Assembly: GCF_001194135.2 (NCBI RefSeq)
Contig: NC_068981.1
Location: forward strand, 136,581,281 to 136,645,280
Direction of reading: 5' to 3'
Source: Octopus bimaculoides
Taxonomy: Eukaryota
DNA: 64,000 bases
The notes beneath the pieces were generated by a model. The model had not been told where the DNA came from. It saw only the letters and a list, made by a program, of their open reading frames with translations, and searched no databases. The position numbers were made by a program, and so were the translations under genes. This document shows positions 63,819-64,000 of the stretch, in pieces. The number at the start of each line of letters is the position of its first letter. The stretch's first letter is position 1.

Positions 63819-64000
63819 TGGTAATTATATACGACAGGCTTTCAAACAGTTTCTGATCAAATCCTTCTTCAAAGGATTTGTCCTATCCAAGGCCACAATT
63901 AAAAACACTTGTCAAACGTGCAGGCAATGGTAATTGAATCAGGATCCCTAATAGAACTTCTTAACAGAAGGGCCATGACAAGACAAAGTTTTCTTTCTCC

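Noticed and set aside
1-64000. Excess of plus-strand SINE-A copies as evidence of host-gene orientation
   Set aside because: My rough count including head fragments is about 20 plus vs 12 minus, too weak to use.

Overview
Eukaryotic, AT-rich, repeat-saturated window with eight N-gaps. The SINE, MITE and microsatellite landscape looks like a coleoid cephalopod, probably Octopus; this is recognition from memory, not a database search. I cannot support any host protein-coding gene, tRNA/rRNA gene or CRISPR array, and almost all ORFs in the supplied track are microsatellite or SINE artefacts. Supported content: three tRNA-derived SINE families (labelled A, B, E here); many 3' ends of an RTE-clade LINE and one decayed RT fragment; three R4/Dong-type (restriction-like endonuclease) retrotransposon pieces tied to (TAA)n; Penelope-type terminal sequences carrying decayed minimal hammerhead motifs; two ~0.9-kb internally deleted mariners; a Tc1 catalytic-domain relic; a second Tc1/mariner transposase fragment; and piggyBac-, hAT- and Helentron-type non-autonomous elements. 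Best leads: (1) a minus-strand 3' splice site immediately followed by GTAAGT, with a 74-nt stop-containing exon behind it (candidate recursive splice site, 44390-44490); (2) a ~480-bp R4/Dong derivative fusing N- and C-terminal coding ends in frame; (3) three hammerhead relics damaged at the same CpG positions; (4) SINE-B chains on (TAA)n; (5) RTE 3' ends with copy-specific 26/42/65/100-bp tandem expansions. No clearly new biological system is demonstrated.
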